The notes under the pieces were generated by a model. It ran no database searches. It saw only the letters and a list, made by a program, of their open reading frames with translations, and was not told where the DNA came from. A stretch of 63,064 nt of DNA, filler included, from Welwitschia mirabilis (lineage: Eukaryota), in assembly GCA_051453625.1 (NCBI GenBank). It is 7 parts of one record of this genome, joined end to end, with 100 filler letters (N's around TTAATTAATTAA, not from the genome) between each part and the next. Parts side by side here need not be neighbours in the genome. Positions count along the whole stretch, not along the records: positions 25,995 to 42,244 come from JBOZIK010000001.1; positions 42,345 to 54,634 come from JBOZIK010000001.1; 5 more parts are not named here. One strand, written 5' to 3'. Of the stretch, positions 39,951 to 52,980 are shown in pieces. Both the position numbers and the translations under genes were made by a program. Positions within the stretch are counted from its first letter, which is position 1; every line of letters starts with the position of its first letter.

Positions 39951-42343
39951 GTAGTGTTTAAAAAGTCAGCCAAATTAAGAAGTTGGCATCCTAAAAAATG
40001 AAAGTCATGTCGGTGAGTCAGAGCCTAGTCGGCAAAACGTCAGCCAAAAAAGTCAGTAATGAAATAAAATTAGAAACCATGTTTTTTAAATATGACAACT
40101 TTAACAACTATAAACATCATTAGAACACACTGTACACTAGAATAATATGATTAAAAGATGTGAAATGCTTCTTNNNNNNNNNNNNNNNNNNNNNNNNNNN
40201 NNNNNNNNNNNNNNNNNNNNNNNNNNNNNNNNNNNNNNNNNNNNNNNNNNNNNNNNNNNNNNNNNNNNNNNNNNNNNNNNNNNNNNNNNNNNNNNNNNNN
40301 NNNNNNNNNNNNNNNNNNNNNNNNNNNNNNNNNNNNNNNNNNNNNNNNNNNNNNNNNNNNNNNNNNNNNNNNNNNNNNNNNNNNNNNNNNNNNNNNNNNN
40401 NNNNNNNNNNNNNNNNNNNNNNNNNNNNNNNNNNNNNNNNNNNNNNNNNNNNNNNNNNNNNNNNNNNNNNNNNNNNNNNNNNNNNNNNNNNNNNNNNNNN
40501 NNNNNNNNNNNNNNNNNNNNNNNNNNNNNNNNNNNNNNNNNNNNNNNNNNNNNNNNNNNNNNNNNNNNNNNNNTTATACACTAGAATAATATGATTAAAT
40601 GCTGTGAAATGCTTCTTTGTGGTCATTTTTCCAACATTACAAAATTGTGAAAGATCAATAATAGAAGTATAAGACAAAGAAAAGAATACTTTCTCCATAA
40701 ACTTTAACTAAACTCAATATTTCACTAAAACATACAAACCTAGGTGTAATAATATATATAAAATTAAATTATGTAGGAAACACACCAACATGAGGAAATT
40801 TGTAGGAAACCTAGTGACTTGAGGTCTTGCTAACTCCCTATCCTTAGTATATTGACGGATTTAGGAATGACTCAACTTCTGTGAATATATGAGCGTGCAA
40901 ATGTAATTTGCCTTACTTGATGGTCTACTAGGAAATTAATTAAAAAATGAGGAAAAAAACAACTCATATAGTAGATATGTTATTATGAAACAAACTTGCA
41001 ACATTAAGTAAAGCAACTTACAAGTTGGATGCATGACGACTTGCCAATGGCCTCAATCAACAAGTTTAGGCAGTGAGCAACACACAGAGGTCAATGTAAT
41101 AAAGATTTTGAATAAAGTCACTGACAGAAGTTCCTAACAAAAGTATCTTTGATAGGATTTGTCAACAAAACCTTTCGATAGAATCCGTTGAGAAAAGTTT
41201 TGATTGAGGTTTCTGACGAAAAATACAAATGTTACACAGAAGACTCAGTCCAGTCTTTCTTCCTTCCACATCGTTGTCACACATAAATTGAGTCTTCTTT
41301 TTGATTCAAAACTCCTAGATCTTAATTCAAGCCCAATGATCATGGATAAAAGTCTAAATGATATTAGGCTTTGATTATATTTTGAATATATTTTATGTTC
41401 TTAAATTCAGCCTGCAAAATCAAGGTAGGCATGTGTCAAAGAGTCAGACAAAAGACCCAAAGATGTTGTAGATGGAATTCAAGAAACGCGTCCAAGTCAA
41501 ATGCACTATATTCATCCCTTTTATTTTACACCCTAGAATAAGTCCACAATTCGTGGGACATTTGTCATTCTCTTTCCTACATTGAGAAGACGAGTGGGAA
41601 CTATATTTGAATAACTAAGCTACCCTAAAATTAAATCATGTCATTTCCTATAAATTCTCATGAAGTTGGGGTCGATGTGGTAGGATAGGGGAGGAGGGGA
41701 TAGCGGATCCCAAGAGTTCTGAATATAAGTCATTCTCCTTCAAAATCCCAAGTGAAAATATATCAAAAATCCCTTTTTGTTTTCTATTTTAAACTTCTAG
41801 CTGAAATCCTATCACCTGGAATCTTGTCTTAGAATTTTGTCAATCTATAGTTTGGTCATACAACTCTATGATAGCTTAGAGTCTTGTCGCTGGGTCTAGT
41901 GATCATTAGCAGTCATCTCTGTTGCCCTTCCACATGCTTCCTTTTCTTAGTCTTGTAAGTTGAATCATTACTGAAAATATTGTTGCAGTGTGTATTTATG
42001 CACGCTTTTACATTCAAATAGATTTTGTCATTAATAATTAAAACAGATATTATGCATAATACAACACACTAGTATAATGGGAGTGACCCAAAATGTCGTA
42101 TCTCGTTGAAGTTTATCCGTAAAGAGACTTAGGTTGCTTTTGCAAAATAATAGGAATTAAAGTAAAGAACAAAGCAAGTAAATAAAACTACCATGCAAAG
42201 TGTAATATGCAATCTAAACTAACATGCAATGCAAAGTAATCCTANNNNNNNNNNNNNNNNNNNNNNNNNNNNNNNNNNNNNNNNNNNNTTAATTAATTAA
42301 NNNNNNNNNNNNNNNNNNNNNNNNNNNNNNNNNNNNNNNNNNN

Positions 42344-42505
42344 NGTGCACTTGTTTTTATTTTTATTGCTTAAGTTTTTACTGTTCATTGTTTAAGTTTG
42401 TTTTAGAAGTATAATATTGTAAAAATTAGTAAGAAATCTTCTAGAACCCTATTCAACAGCCACCTCCTCCCCCCCTTCCCCCAAGGTGATTGTACGATCC
42501 TAACA
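42344..42505 (+). mobile_element. 3' end of SIRE-type LTR
   Basis: GAACCCTATTCA..C-rich..GATCCTAACA. Confidence 0.75.
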
Positions 42506-45451
42506 AACTTATCATTGAAATGACTAATTTTACCAATAGTCTTCCCCCTTTCTAAAGATGAGAACGAATGAGCCAGAAGGGAACATACTTATGGCAAAGT
42601 TGGTTTTCTTAATTGAGCATCATGCATTCAAAAGATGCACATGCAACAGAACATTGTAACCCTAAACATGCAACAACAATTCCAACTTAAACCTCCTTCA
42701 AGCAATCTAAGAAAGTCATTAATGATAACATATAGTTCTAGTAAAATGTTAGGACATAGATAAGCACTAGGCACATATGGTTGGGTACTAGGTACATATG
42801 AAGCTTCCTCTAGAATCCACTAAGATTACTGTTCGAAAATATTATGCTAAGCATGTAAAGGATGCTAAAAAAGATCACATAAATTAAACCACTATCCAAC
42901 TGTCCAACTTTTTTTCCCTTTTATCATTATTAAAAAATAAACAACAAAAGGCAGCCGTAACTATATTACTATCCAAAAAATTACATTAATATGATAACAT
43001 AACCATTAAGCATCATCAAAATGTACATAATAAGTATATACACATAGCTTTCAATCACATAATATGTATAATCTACACCACAAAAAGTTGAGAGAAGTTA
43101 AAAAAAGTATAGCCGAAAGGTACAGTCAAAGAAAAGCATTAAGAAGATAAGAGAGAAATCATGGAGAGCGTGGAACTGCACAACAAGGGTCATCAAGTGT
43201 GGAATGTGCTTCTAGGTATGCCTCTTCTACTTCATCTGATGTGTTGGGGAATATTATAACCATGAGCTTGTAAACCGAACTTAATCTTGTCAACTTTGGA
43301 CTCGATCTTGATGAGTTTTTGCAAACTTTCATTATGGGTATAAGAATCAGTAGACGTTCAACCTTCAGTATCTTTTCTCTTTAAGAGGAAAAGAGAGGAG
43401 GTGGAGGAGATGCCTTATCCCTGAAAATGTGCATTTTATTCAAGGAAGATAATCCCAATCGGTTGGAAACCTTTAATTACTCTTCTTCCTTGTCAAGAGG
43501 TATCTCCTAGCCCATAGGCTACCAAAAGGATGTATTGAATTATTAGCACTAAAAAATTGTCCTATATAGTGCATAATGTATTGACATAGATTTATCTTAA
43601 TTCCTTTTCCCAAACAATCCATATTATATGCGTATAATGGAGAAACATCATCATTATACCCTAATTTAGGAACCAGATTATGAGTGCAAACTTGAAATGG
43701 TCCCCTATAAAATGGTTTTAGTTGATCCATGGGCAAGTTACATTTCCACCCTATAGTTTTTCCATGTCGTTCAAGAGTTAGGGTGTCTTTAGAAGCCACA
43801 TTTTCCAAGGAAGCCACTACAGAAATGAAATGAAAGGGCCCTTCCTTGGAAAACCTAGTCAATTCAAAAATCATATCTAGTGTGACGATAACGTTTTGAC
43901 CATGTACTCTTGAAGACAATCTATTTTCAAAAACATGAAAAGTGCCATTCCAATAAAACAATAGAAGCATTTTAACAAAAGCTTTGGTCATTGTGTGTAG
44001 GGCATAAGTCTATTCAAGCTCTTCAAATTTGTGAAAGAGAGTTGGGACATCTAAGAATAAAAGAGAGCTTAATGTAACATTTGATTTTATTCTTTTAATT
44101 CAAACTATTAATGTTTTAGCAAAATGATCAGAATTGAATCATACCTAGGAGGGACATTTGCCTGCTCGAATGATCGGAATTGAATCATACTTGGTAGGGG
44201 CATTTGCCTAGTCTTGTACTTGCCCTTAAAGATATAAATTGATCTTCATTAAGAGTTTTAGTAAGGATATCTAGAAGTTGATGGTTAGTATTGATATGTT
44301 CCAATTTAACAACTTGATTCAATACCTGCTCTCTAATGAAGTGATCTCGGATATCAGTATGTTTGGTTTTGCAATGCTAGACTGGATTCTCTCTGATGTT
44401 GATTCCATTGATGTTGTCACAATACATCATAATTTTTGCATTCACTTCATATTCAATGACCATTTGTTCCATCCATATCAACTGAGTACAACATGCCTTG
44501 ATAGCTATATATTTAGCCTTAATAGTAGATAAGGTTGTTGTGTCTTGATTTTTTCATAACCAATCTGCAAGACCATTTCCTATGTAAAACCATGATCCAC
44601 TTATGCTTCTTTGCATGACAATGTAACCTACTAAGTCTGCACTATACCTTACTAAATCAAAGGATAGTGTTATATGGATACTATAAGCCATAAGTTATAT
44701 TATGCTTCAAATACCTAAATATTTATNNNNNNNNNNNNNNNNNNNNNNNNNNNNNNNNNNNNNNNNNNNNNNNNNNNNNNNNNNNNNNNNNNNNNNNNNN
44801 NNNNNNNNNNNNNNNNNNNNNNNNNNNNNNNNNNNNNNNNNNNNNNNNNNNNNNNNNNNNNNNNNNNNNNNNNNNNNNNNNNNNNNNNNNNNNNNNNNNN
44901 NNNNNNNNNNNNNNNNNNNNNNNNNNNNNNNNNNNNNNNNNNNNNNNNNNNNNNNNNNNNNNNNNNNNNNNNNNNNNNNNNNNNNNNNNNNNNNNNNNNN
45001 NNNNNNNNNNNNNNNNNNNNNNNNNNNNNNNNNNNNNNNNNNNNNNNNNNNNNNNNNNNNNNNNNNNNNNNNNNNNNNNNNNNNNNNNNNNNNNNNNNNN
45101 NNNNNNNNNNNNNNNNNNNNNNNNNNNNNNNNNNNNNNNNNNNNNNNNNNNNNNNNNNNNNNNNNNNNNNNNNNNNNNNNNNNNNNNNNNNNNNNNNNNN
45201 NNNNNNNNNNNNNNNNNNNNNNNNNNNNNNNNNNNNNNNNNNNNNNNNNNNNNNNNNNNNNNNNNNNNNNNNNNNNNNNNNNNNNNGATGCATATCAAAT
45301 GAGATTTTTTTAAGGATCAAATTAGTACCTTCCACATGTACTTGTAGTGAATAAAATATCAGGCCTATTGTCCAGTAGACGTAGGAGGCTACCAATCATA
45401 CCTCTATATAGTTTCTGTCAGGGATTTGCATTATAGTGTAGTTTCACTGCA

Positions 45452-46529
45452 ACAGACAAAATTGTGTGCCATTTTTCAGCCCTACAATGAATTGTTGCAT
45501 GGCGCAACACAGAGCCACAATTTGTTGCAATTGCACAAAATGAAATAATGGCACAATTGCAGCATTTTAATGGTGCAATTTCATTATTTTTCAGCTACAA
45601 TGAAAACAAACCAGGAACATCAAAAAGCGAATTAGAGGGGTTTCTCTTTGCATTTTCTCATTTTTATATGTCATTCTCTTGCTCTTGTGCATTTCTCTCA
45701 CCATGAATGCCATGTTCAAAGGCAACTTAAGATTTCTTTTGCATCAATCATTTGCATTTGAGATATTTTAGCAGCAAAGATATGTTCCTTTTTTTTATTT
45801 CGCAATGAAATTTGTTTTCAGACCAAGATTTTAAAATGGTGTCCATGTGGCTCTAATACAAAGTAAACATTCTCATCAAGATGAGTGTCAAAAATTGCAT
45901 TCTTATCGTGGTGGCAGTATATCTTGTGCTACATAGAGCAATGGTCATACAAGGCCACTAACTTAGTTTTTCTCTCTTCACCCTCCCTCCCTCCTCCTTT
46001 TTTTTGCCCCTGTGTTTTTCCCTTCTTTTTCTGCTTTTTTGGTAGCCCTTGATGGGCAAGGACTATGGTGTTGACACTTGACAAGGTATGTGACCATTTG
46101 CCACTTTTGAAATTAAAACTCCAAAGTATATGTTATTGTTCTTAACTCATTACTCTATGCTTCAGTATACTTTATTGTTTTCATTTTGCACTGTGGTATT
46201 ATATCTCTATGTTAATATTTGTTGCTTTTATGTCAATGAAAGACAAGAATTGACAACTTAAAAGAGTTTATTTGTGTGTTTCCTTTTTCAAGCAAAATGA
46301 TATGACCAATAAGCTATTAACATGCTTTATTACTGCTTTTGAATTACAATTACTTAATTATATTATATTTATTGTTTGAAACATCTTTCAAATTAATTTG
46401 AAGCTATTTTTAATTTGCTAAAATAAGTCTCAAAACAGTGCCAAAAAATGGTGAAACCTAGCCCTGAAATGAAACATTGACCTTGCAGAAAGATGACGAC
46501 ATCTGAAATATCAAACATTCGTTTCTGTT
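45452..46529. mobile_element. 1.08-kb unclassified insertion in the copia RT
   Basis: Removing it restores GIKTPMAP-AVKL; flanks CTGCA/CTACA; short ACAGA/TCTGT inverted ends. Confidence 0.6.
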
Positions 46530-48094
46530 CTACAGGGGCCATGGGAGTTTTGATTCCCTTGAGATCTTGCAGATTGTACTTCTTTCACTTCATTTGACTG
46601 AAAAAAATTCCATCTTTAAGTTGCTTGAGTTGCAGACCTCAGAGGGGGAAAAAGAGGTGGGGAAAATAACTCAATTGCCCAATGTGACTCATTTCAATTC
46701 CAACTTGCATAGCACAACAAACTTGTAAGCAAGTGATTCATTTGTTAATCCAAAGACTATGCCATCCACATAGATTTGTACTAAAAAAATGGAATCCTTT
46801 TCAGTTTTAATAAAAAGTGTAAGATCAGCATTACCTCCTTTGAAGTTATTTAAAATTAAGAAATTGGATAATATCTCAACCCAAGCCCTTGAAGCTTGCT
46901 TCAACCCATCTATAGCTTTATGCAATGTAACTACATGATTAGGACATTTAGGTCAAGTAGAACCTAGAGGATGAACTACACAAACCACTTCATTTATGTA
47001 ACCAACTGGGCGATGGGGTGGCCTAGGTTTGTTAATGCTATTTTCAATTTTCCATATATATCAATTGGAATTCGCATATACATAAAAGGTCTGATCAATT
47101 GACTTCCACCTAAAACACTGTCATTTTATGGTGATAAGCAAATGCTAATAGCATTCCAATAGCTTCAAGTCTAGCAACATGGGCATAGCTTTCATCATAA
47201 TCAATCCCCTCTTACTGACAATAAGCTTGGGCTATTAATCTAGCTTTATTTTGAATAATATTGTTGTGTTCATCCATTTTATTTTTGTAAACCCAATTAG
47301 TATCAATGACATGCTTGACTTTTGTTCTTGGAATGAATGCCTATACCTCGCTTCACTCAAATTGGTTCAATTCTTTTTGCATAACAATTATCCATAATTC
47401 ATCACTTTTTTTCTTTTTTTTTTTTTTGGGCTTCTTGAAAATTTTTGGGTTCTAACAAAGAATCAAAACAAAATAAACTTCATCATATTTCCTCAGCATT
47501 TCTTGTAGTAGCTTGCAAGTTAATGTCACAATAGCTTGAACTTTGGAATGACCTCTTCTAGTCCTCAAAGGGAGAGAAGAGCATTATGAGAGTTGTTAAC
47601 TGTGCTTTGTGAAATGCAAGGAGGATTTGGACTCTTTGATTGAGTTAATACTTCAAGATGTTCTCCTTCCATGCCATCTGAAATTTTATAGAACATGTTA
47701 AGGTTATTGACTATTACATTGGCAGATTCTTCAACCTTTTGAGAACTATTGTTTTAAACTTTAGAAGCCATACTCATCATAGAGTAGCCAATGAAATATA
47801 ATCAGCCTTAGAATCATTTTTTTTGAGAAATGGTAAATGGTATTACAGACACAAAGGTCAAACAAATAGAGACTTCAACATAGCTTAAAAGCTATTTTTC
47901 CAAGGATGGTAGAAATCATGCTAATACTCAAAGTGCTAAACATCTGCATCTAAATTTGTTAGCCCATTCTCCCTGTTACAATCTGAGAGAAGTTCCAAGC
48001 TAGCATATCTTACATGATTAACAACAAATTTGTATTCATTGGGACCATGTTTTGGGTGAGGGATTTGGGCAATGGGGTTGGCTACAATGGCATC

Positions 48095-48459
48095 TATTGG
48101 AAGTGAAGCCAAATCTCTCTAAGTTATTTATTCTTTTGTAGTTTGACTTTATATATTTTTATATAGTCCCGTTGTTGTTGTAATTTAATATTAANNNNNN
48201 NNNNTAGAAGTTAGGGTTAGGGTTTCTACCCTAAAAGAAAATCTATATAAAGAGAGTAGAGGCATGGAATGCCACAATGTGTATGGGAGTCGAGAGTTGC
48301 AATATTGGCTATTGATGACGACTTGTGTCCTTACCCTTTTTCATTCTAAGAGAGAGCTCAGCACTGCTTCCATGGTTTTTCCCCACACTGTGGTTTTCCC
48401 CATAAATCTAGTGTGTTGATTTTTGCATTTTGCTTTTGCTCTGATGCATTTTTCTAACA
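48095..48459 (+). mobile_element. Small copia-type solo LTR
   Basis: T(A)TTGG...TAACA ends; CTATATAAA; GGTTTTCC..ATAAATCTAGTGT; TSD GCATC/ACATC. Confidence 0.7.
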
Positions 48460-48632
48460 ACATCATCATTCAGGTCTTCTTCTTCTTTCTACTCAACTCC
48501 TCCTTGAGTTTGCCCTAGTGCATCGTCTGTGTGCCTTCTTGATGTGCGAAGGCTACACTTTTCATTACTCTTCATATTAACCAGAACATGCTATAGAAGT
48601 AGCTTTTGCACTAGACTGCGGGGAATGTCTTG

Positions 48633-49140
48633 CTAAGCAAGAATTCTAGCCTCTGTTTGGATCCTTCTTTGGTGAAGGAGCCAAATGAGGCCTTTATGCC
48701 TCACGTTTTCGCTGTCAAGAGAATAATATAATAAATCTGAAAGGTAGAAAGGGAGATCTATTTGAAACTTATACATCATAACTGCAAAAAAGTGGAAATG
48801 AAAGCTTGTTGATTTTGTCAAAGTGGCCCTCCAAAGTGAAATATTTCATGATGAGTGCTGCCCATGCATCAAATAGGCAAGGGAGATCCTTCCTCTTGTA
48901 ACTGCCACTTTGTTTCTTGCGAGATTTACCTATAAGATTCTCAAACTGTGAAACAATGGACGCTTTTGGGGCTCTTCTCTTAAGCTCTATTCCTTGAGGC
49001 CCTGTCCGAATAGCATCCCTAATAGAGGCAATATCAATGAATATAGTAGTGTTACCTATGTAGGAAGATCTGCCATTCCAATTTCTACAAATCTAGATCA
49101 TGCTTTCTCTAGTTGAAAACATATGGAGCCCATCCCGCTG
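48633..49140 (-). pseudogene. Frameshifted retrotransposon accessory-type ORF of unknown function
   Basis: About 100 open codons WNGRSSYIG...LIMKYFTLEGHFDKI, continuing after a frameshift as HFHFF..IDLPFYL..HKGLIWLL. Confidence 0.55.
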
Positions 49141-50779
49141 TTTGGAATTGTTCCTCTGTTTGCCCATGGTTGAGAAGAACGTCGTGCTCTGCTGGCTCAA
49201 TGTGGAGTGCCTTTCCTATGTCTTCTAGATATGGATGTGATGTAAACACTCTACAGTTGCATGGTGTAGAGACTCTCTGCTACAGTTGAGAAGGATGTCG
49301 TGCTTTGAATGGCTCCCTAAACCAGATTTGTCGAGGGGTGATCTTCCCATACGTAATAGTTGGTTGAGATTGTCTTTCCCTTGAGTCGATCTTTCAGCAG
49401 TCCTTCTAGAATCCTGTAAATCTTTAGATAGTTCTTCTACTTTATTGTTAGCTTCCTTCAATTTTAGCTCTAGGCCTGAAATTTGTTTTTTGAAGGAAAA
49501 ATTTTTCTTACCAAGTTCTAGATTGACTTTATACAACTTCTCATAGGCATCAAAAATGTTATTATCATCAGAATCGCTGTCAATTTGATTTTTAGTTTCT
49601 GAGCATACCTGAGTTTGTTCATTACATGGATTGGAGCTGATGTGCTCTGGACTTTGCCCTTTATCAAGAAAGGCCACTAGCCCAAAGTTCAAGGGTTTTT
49701 CATCATTTGATCGGGCTTCATCTTCTGAATCATCATACCATGTTGCTTTGAGGGCTTTCTTTTCCTTGAATTTGGGCCTTTTTTACTTTTTCTTGTTAGC
49801 ACATTCTGATACAACATGCCTAAATCCCTTGCACTCGTAACATTGAATTGATGAAGAGGGATTCTTGCGTTTGTCACTTGTTCTTTAAAGTTCTCCTTTC
49901 AAGTTCCTGCTTTCTTTCTTCTTTTTGAGGAACCTCTTGAAATTCTGTGTTAGCAAGGATAAATCATCATCTTCTTCGTAATTACTTGATGTTTTTACTT
50001 CATGATCATTGCTTGCTTTAAGAGTGATACTTTTCTTCTTGGGCATCACTTCTTCAGGAAGAAGGGTAGCTTCATAGGTTATTAAAGATCCCTTCACTTC
50101 TTCAACTCTCATCTTGTCGATCTCTTTGCTTTCTTCAATGGCAGTGATCTTTGTTCTGAACTTTGCAGTCAGGCTCCTAACGATTTTTCCTACTACTATG
50201 TTTTCTAGGACTCTTTCTCGTAGCCTCCACATGTTGTTAACGATGTTGCTGATTTTCGTGGTGTATTCTGCCATAGATTCTGATTCTTCCATTCTGATGT
50301 TCTCAAATTTGGTTGCTAAAAGTTCTAGCTTTGAGTTCTTAACAATATTTGTTCCTTTATGAGTTGCCTTCAATGTGTTTCGCATGTCTTTTACAGTTCA
50401 ACACTGAACTACTTTGTCATATTCTTCAGTGGACAAGGTGCAGATGATAGCATATATTGCCTGAGCATTAATTTGGATTATTTCTCATCATTCGAATCCC
50501 ATTTGTCTTTGGGCTTTGGCACCACATTCCCATTCATATCAGTTTCTGTTGGAGGTGCATAACCATGCTCCACTGTAGCCCAAATATTAGGATTCAGGGA
50601 AGTTAGGAAGATGCTCATTTTGGATCTCCAATAAGCATAATTGCTACCATTGCAAAAGGGGGGTCTAGAAATAGCTTACTTTCTGGATACCCTGAAAAGT
50701 TTGAGCATGCCATGAAATCTGTACCTGCACTTAAACAATAAAATGTACAAATCTAGAGCAACCAGACTCTAATACCAAT

Positions 50780-51808
50780 TGTTAGGATTTTGAGGCACCC
50801 TAGAGGAGGGGTGAATAAGGTTTTATAAAAATTTTGCAATATTAGTACTTCAGAACATGAGATTAATAAAATGAACGATGAGACTAATAACAAAAAGAAC
50901 TTTGAGAGGACAAGACAACAATCAAGTGCACTAAGATTTTATAGTGGTTCAACCAAGACTACTTCACTCTCAGGGGGTAAAAACTGTTATCAGCCTCTTG
51001 GTTCCCTTATCACCAAAGCTTGTATATACACCAAGCCCTTTTACAGGAAGCTTTTTACTAGCCTTCAAGCCAAGCTCAACTCTTTGAGCTTCTTACAAAG
51101 TGGTTTTGTCTAATGGTATAGTGCCTAACTATTAGCACAATATATTAGCTTTGAATACACAACAATAGATCTTCTGAAGAAGAAGTATTTCACAGTGAAG
51201 TACAGAAGATTTGAATGATACAAGTTTAGCACAGAGCGATTCCAGAGTAGTGTATATTCTTATTGAACATCAATGTGATATCTCATAACAAGAATAATTA
51301 CATATTTATAGAGATCTACAAAAACTAGTTGTTAAGGTCTTCGTAAGATGTGCTGTAGTTGATGTGCCAAACCAGAAAAGGACCATCGCTACATTGAAAT
51401 CTTCAAACTGGCGTCTTTAACGACTAAATTGCCGTGTCAACGGGCACAAGGCTGGACATCCCATCGATGAGTCTCAATCATCCCAGTTTTAATATTCTAA
51501 AACCTGATCGACTGAATATCTCCAAGCGTCCTAGTTTTACAGGGCAGACATCCCCATATAAATGATTGAATACAGATCTGGACGTCTTGGATTCATTGGG
51601 TGGGCATCCCAATAGAAATTACTGAGTACAGATTCGGACATCCCAGTTTCAAAGGATGGACATCCCCATAGAGAAAACCGAGCACAAGGTCGAATGCCCC
51701 GATTGAAGAGGGTGAACGTCCCAATATTGATGAAAGCTTAGTTGTATTCGTATTGATTATTTCTTGATTTTGTATCTTATCTTATCATTGAAAACACGTT
51801 CTTCAACA
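50780..51808 (-). repeat. Complete SIRE-type LTR (1029 bp)
   Basis: TG..CA ends; adjacent PBS; decayed GGACGTCC array 51450-51725. Confidence 0.85.
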
Positions 51809-52980
51809 CTCTTCTTTTCTCTGTCGTAAGTGCAAGGATCAAATCATGAGAAAATGCATCCCAAAATGGGAACAACTAACAAATTTTACATCTTTATCAT
51901 GAGGGAGTTTGTAGAGGACACCTTAGTGGAAAGAAGATAGCTATGAAAATCCTTCATGTTGGATTCTATTAGCCTTCTTTATTTTCATGGTTGTTTTAAA
52001 TGTGTCAAGAAATGCGAGGCTTGCGAAAAGTTTGGAGGTTTGACTTGTAAGGAAGACATGCCACTTCAACCTATTACAGAATGTGAACCTTTTGATTATT
52101 AGGGAATTAACTTCATTCAACATTCAAACCCTCCATCTTATGGAATGAAGTACATTCCTGAAGCCATTGATTACATAATCAAGTGGGTACAAGCCCCTTG
52201 ACTGTTTGTTGATTTGTTTTCTTTTGTTTTGGCTTTCCTGTACTTCTTATAAGCATCAAGGGACTCATTTTATCAATAAGATTCTTATGAAACTCCTCTT
52301 ACAAGTTAGGATTCAACATCATGTTGCCAATGCTTATCATCCACAAAGAAACGGTCGAGTTGAAAATGCTAACATGAAATCAAGCAAACACTTCAGAAAG
52401 CTATTAGCTCTTTATATCAAAATTGGGCTTTGACACTTGATGGTGTCCTTTGGTCTTGTAGAAACAGTTGGTGAAATTCACTTAGCTTCTTTTCCTATGA
52501 ATTAGGCTATGGTAAATCCTGTGTGCTTTTTGTTAATATTGCTTTTTGCTTTATGACTTGCCATACTTTGAACTTATCTAATCTAGAATTTAATATCTAA
52601 GACCACCTTGCCAGATTCAACACTTTGGTGAAAAAGAGAACACAAGCTATTACTCGACAATTTATCGCTAAAGCTCTAGTAAAGTATTAGCATGATAAAT
52701 GTATTCGACCTAAACATTATGAACTTGGATTGCTCATAGTCCTCTTTAACAACAATGCTAATATGATTGACAATAAGCTTATGTCTAGGTGGTTAGGGTC
52801 TTACCATGTTCAAAAAATCCATTCTCATGGGTCAGTTTCGATTCAAGATCTTACCATCCATGAAACCTTCATGGGACAATGCTTACAATCTTATTTTAAT
52901 GATGATCTTCTAAGACAAGATTCCAACTTAGTGGAAGAACTACACTTGATAACCCCTTGCAAGAGGAGCATTACTTATTG
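51809..52980 (+). pseudogene. Gypsy integrase remnant
   Basis: CKDQIMRKCIP, KCEACEKF, AIDYIIKWVQA, QGTHFINK, AYHPQRNGRVENAN, KLMSRWLGSY. Confidence 0.8.

Larger units (their letters stand above)
42506..51808 (-). mobile_element. Decayed, multiply interrupted SIRE-type element (possibly composite)
   Basis: 5' LTR 50780-51808; PBS 50764-50777; gag 50713-49250; IN tail and RT 47810-45300; RNase H 44730-44130; env-like 44050-43220; PPT about 42545. Confidence 0.8.

Noticed and set aside
48208-48222. TTAGGGTTAGGG telomere-like repeat
   Set aside because: Only two units, inside a solo LTR; a common telo-box-like motif.
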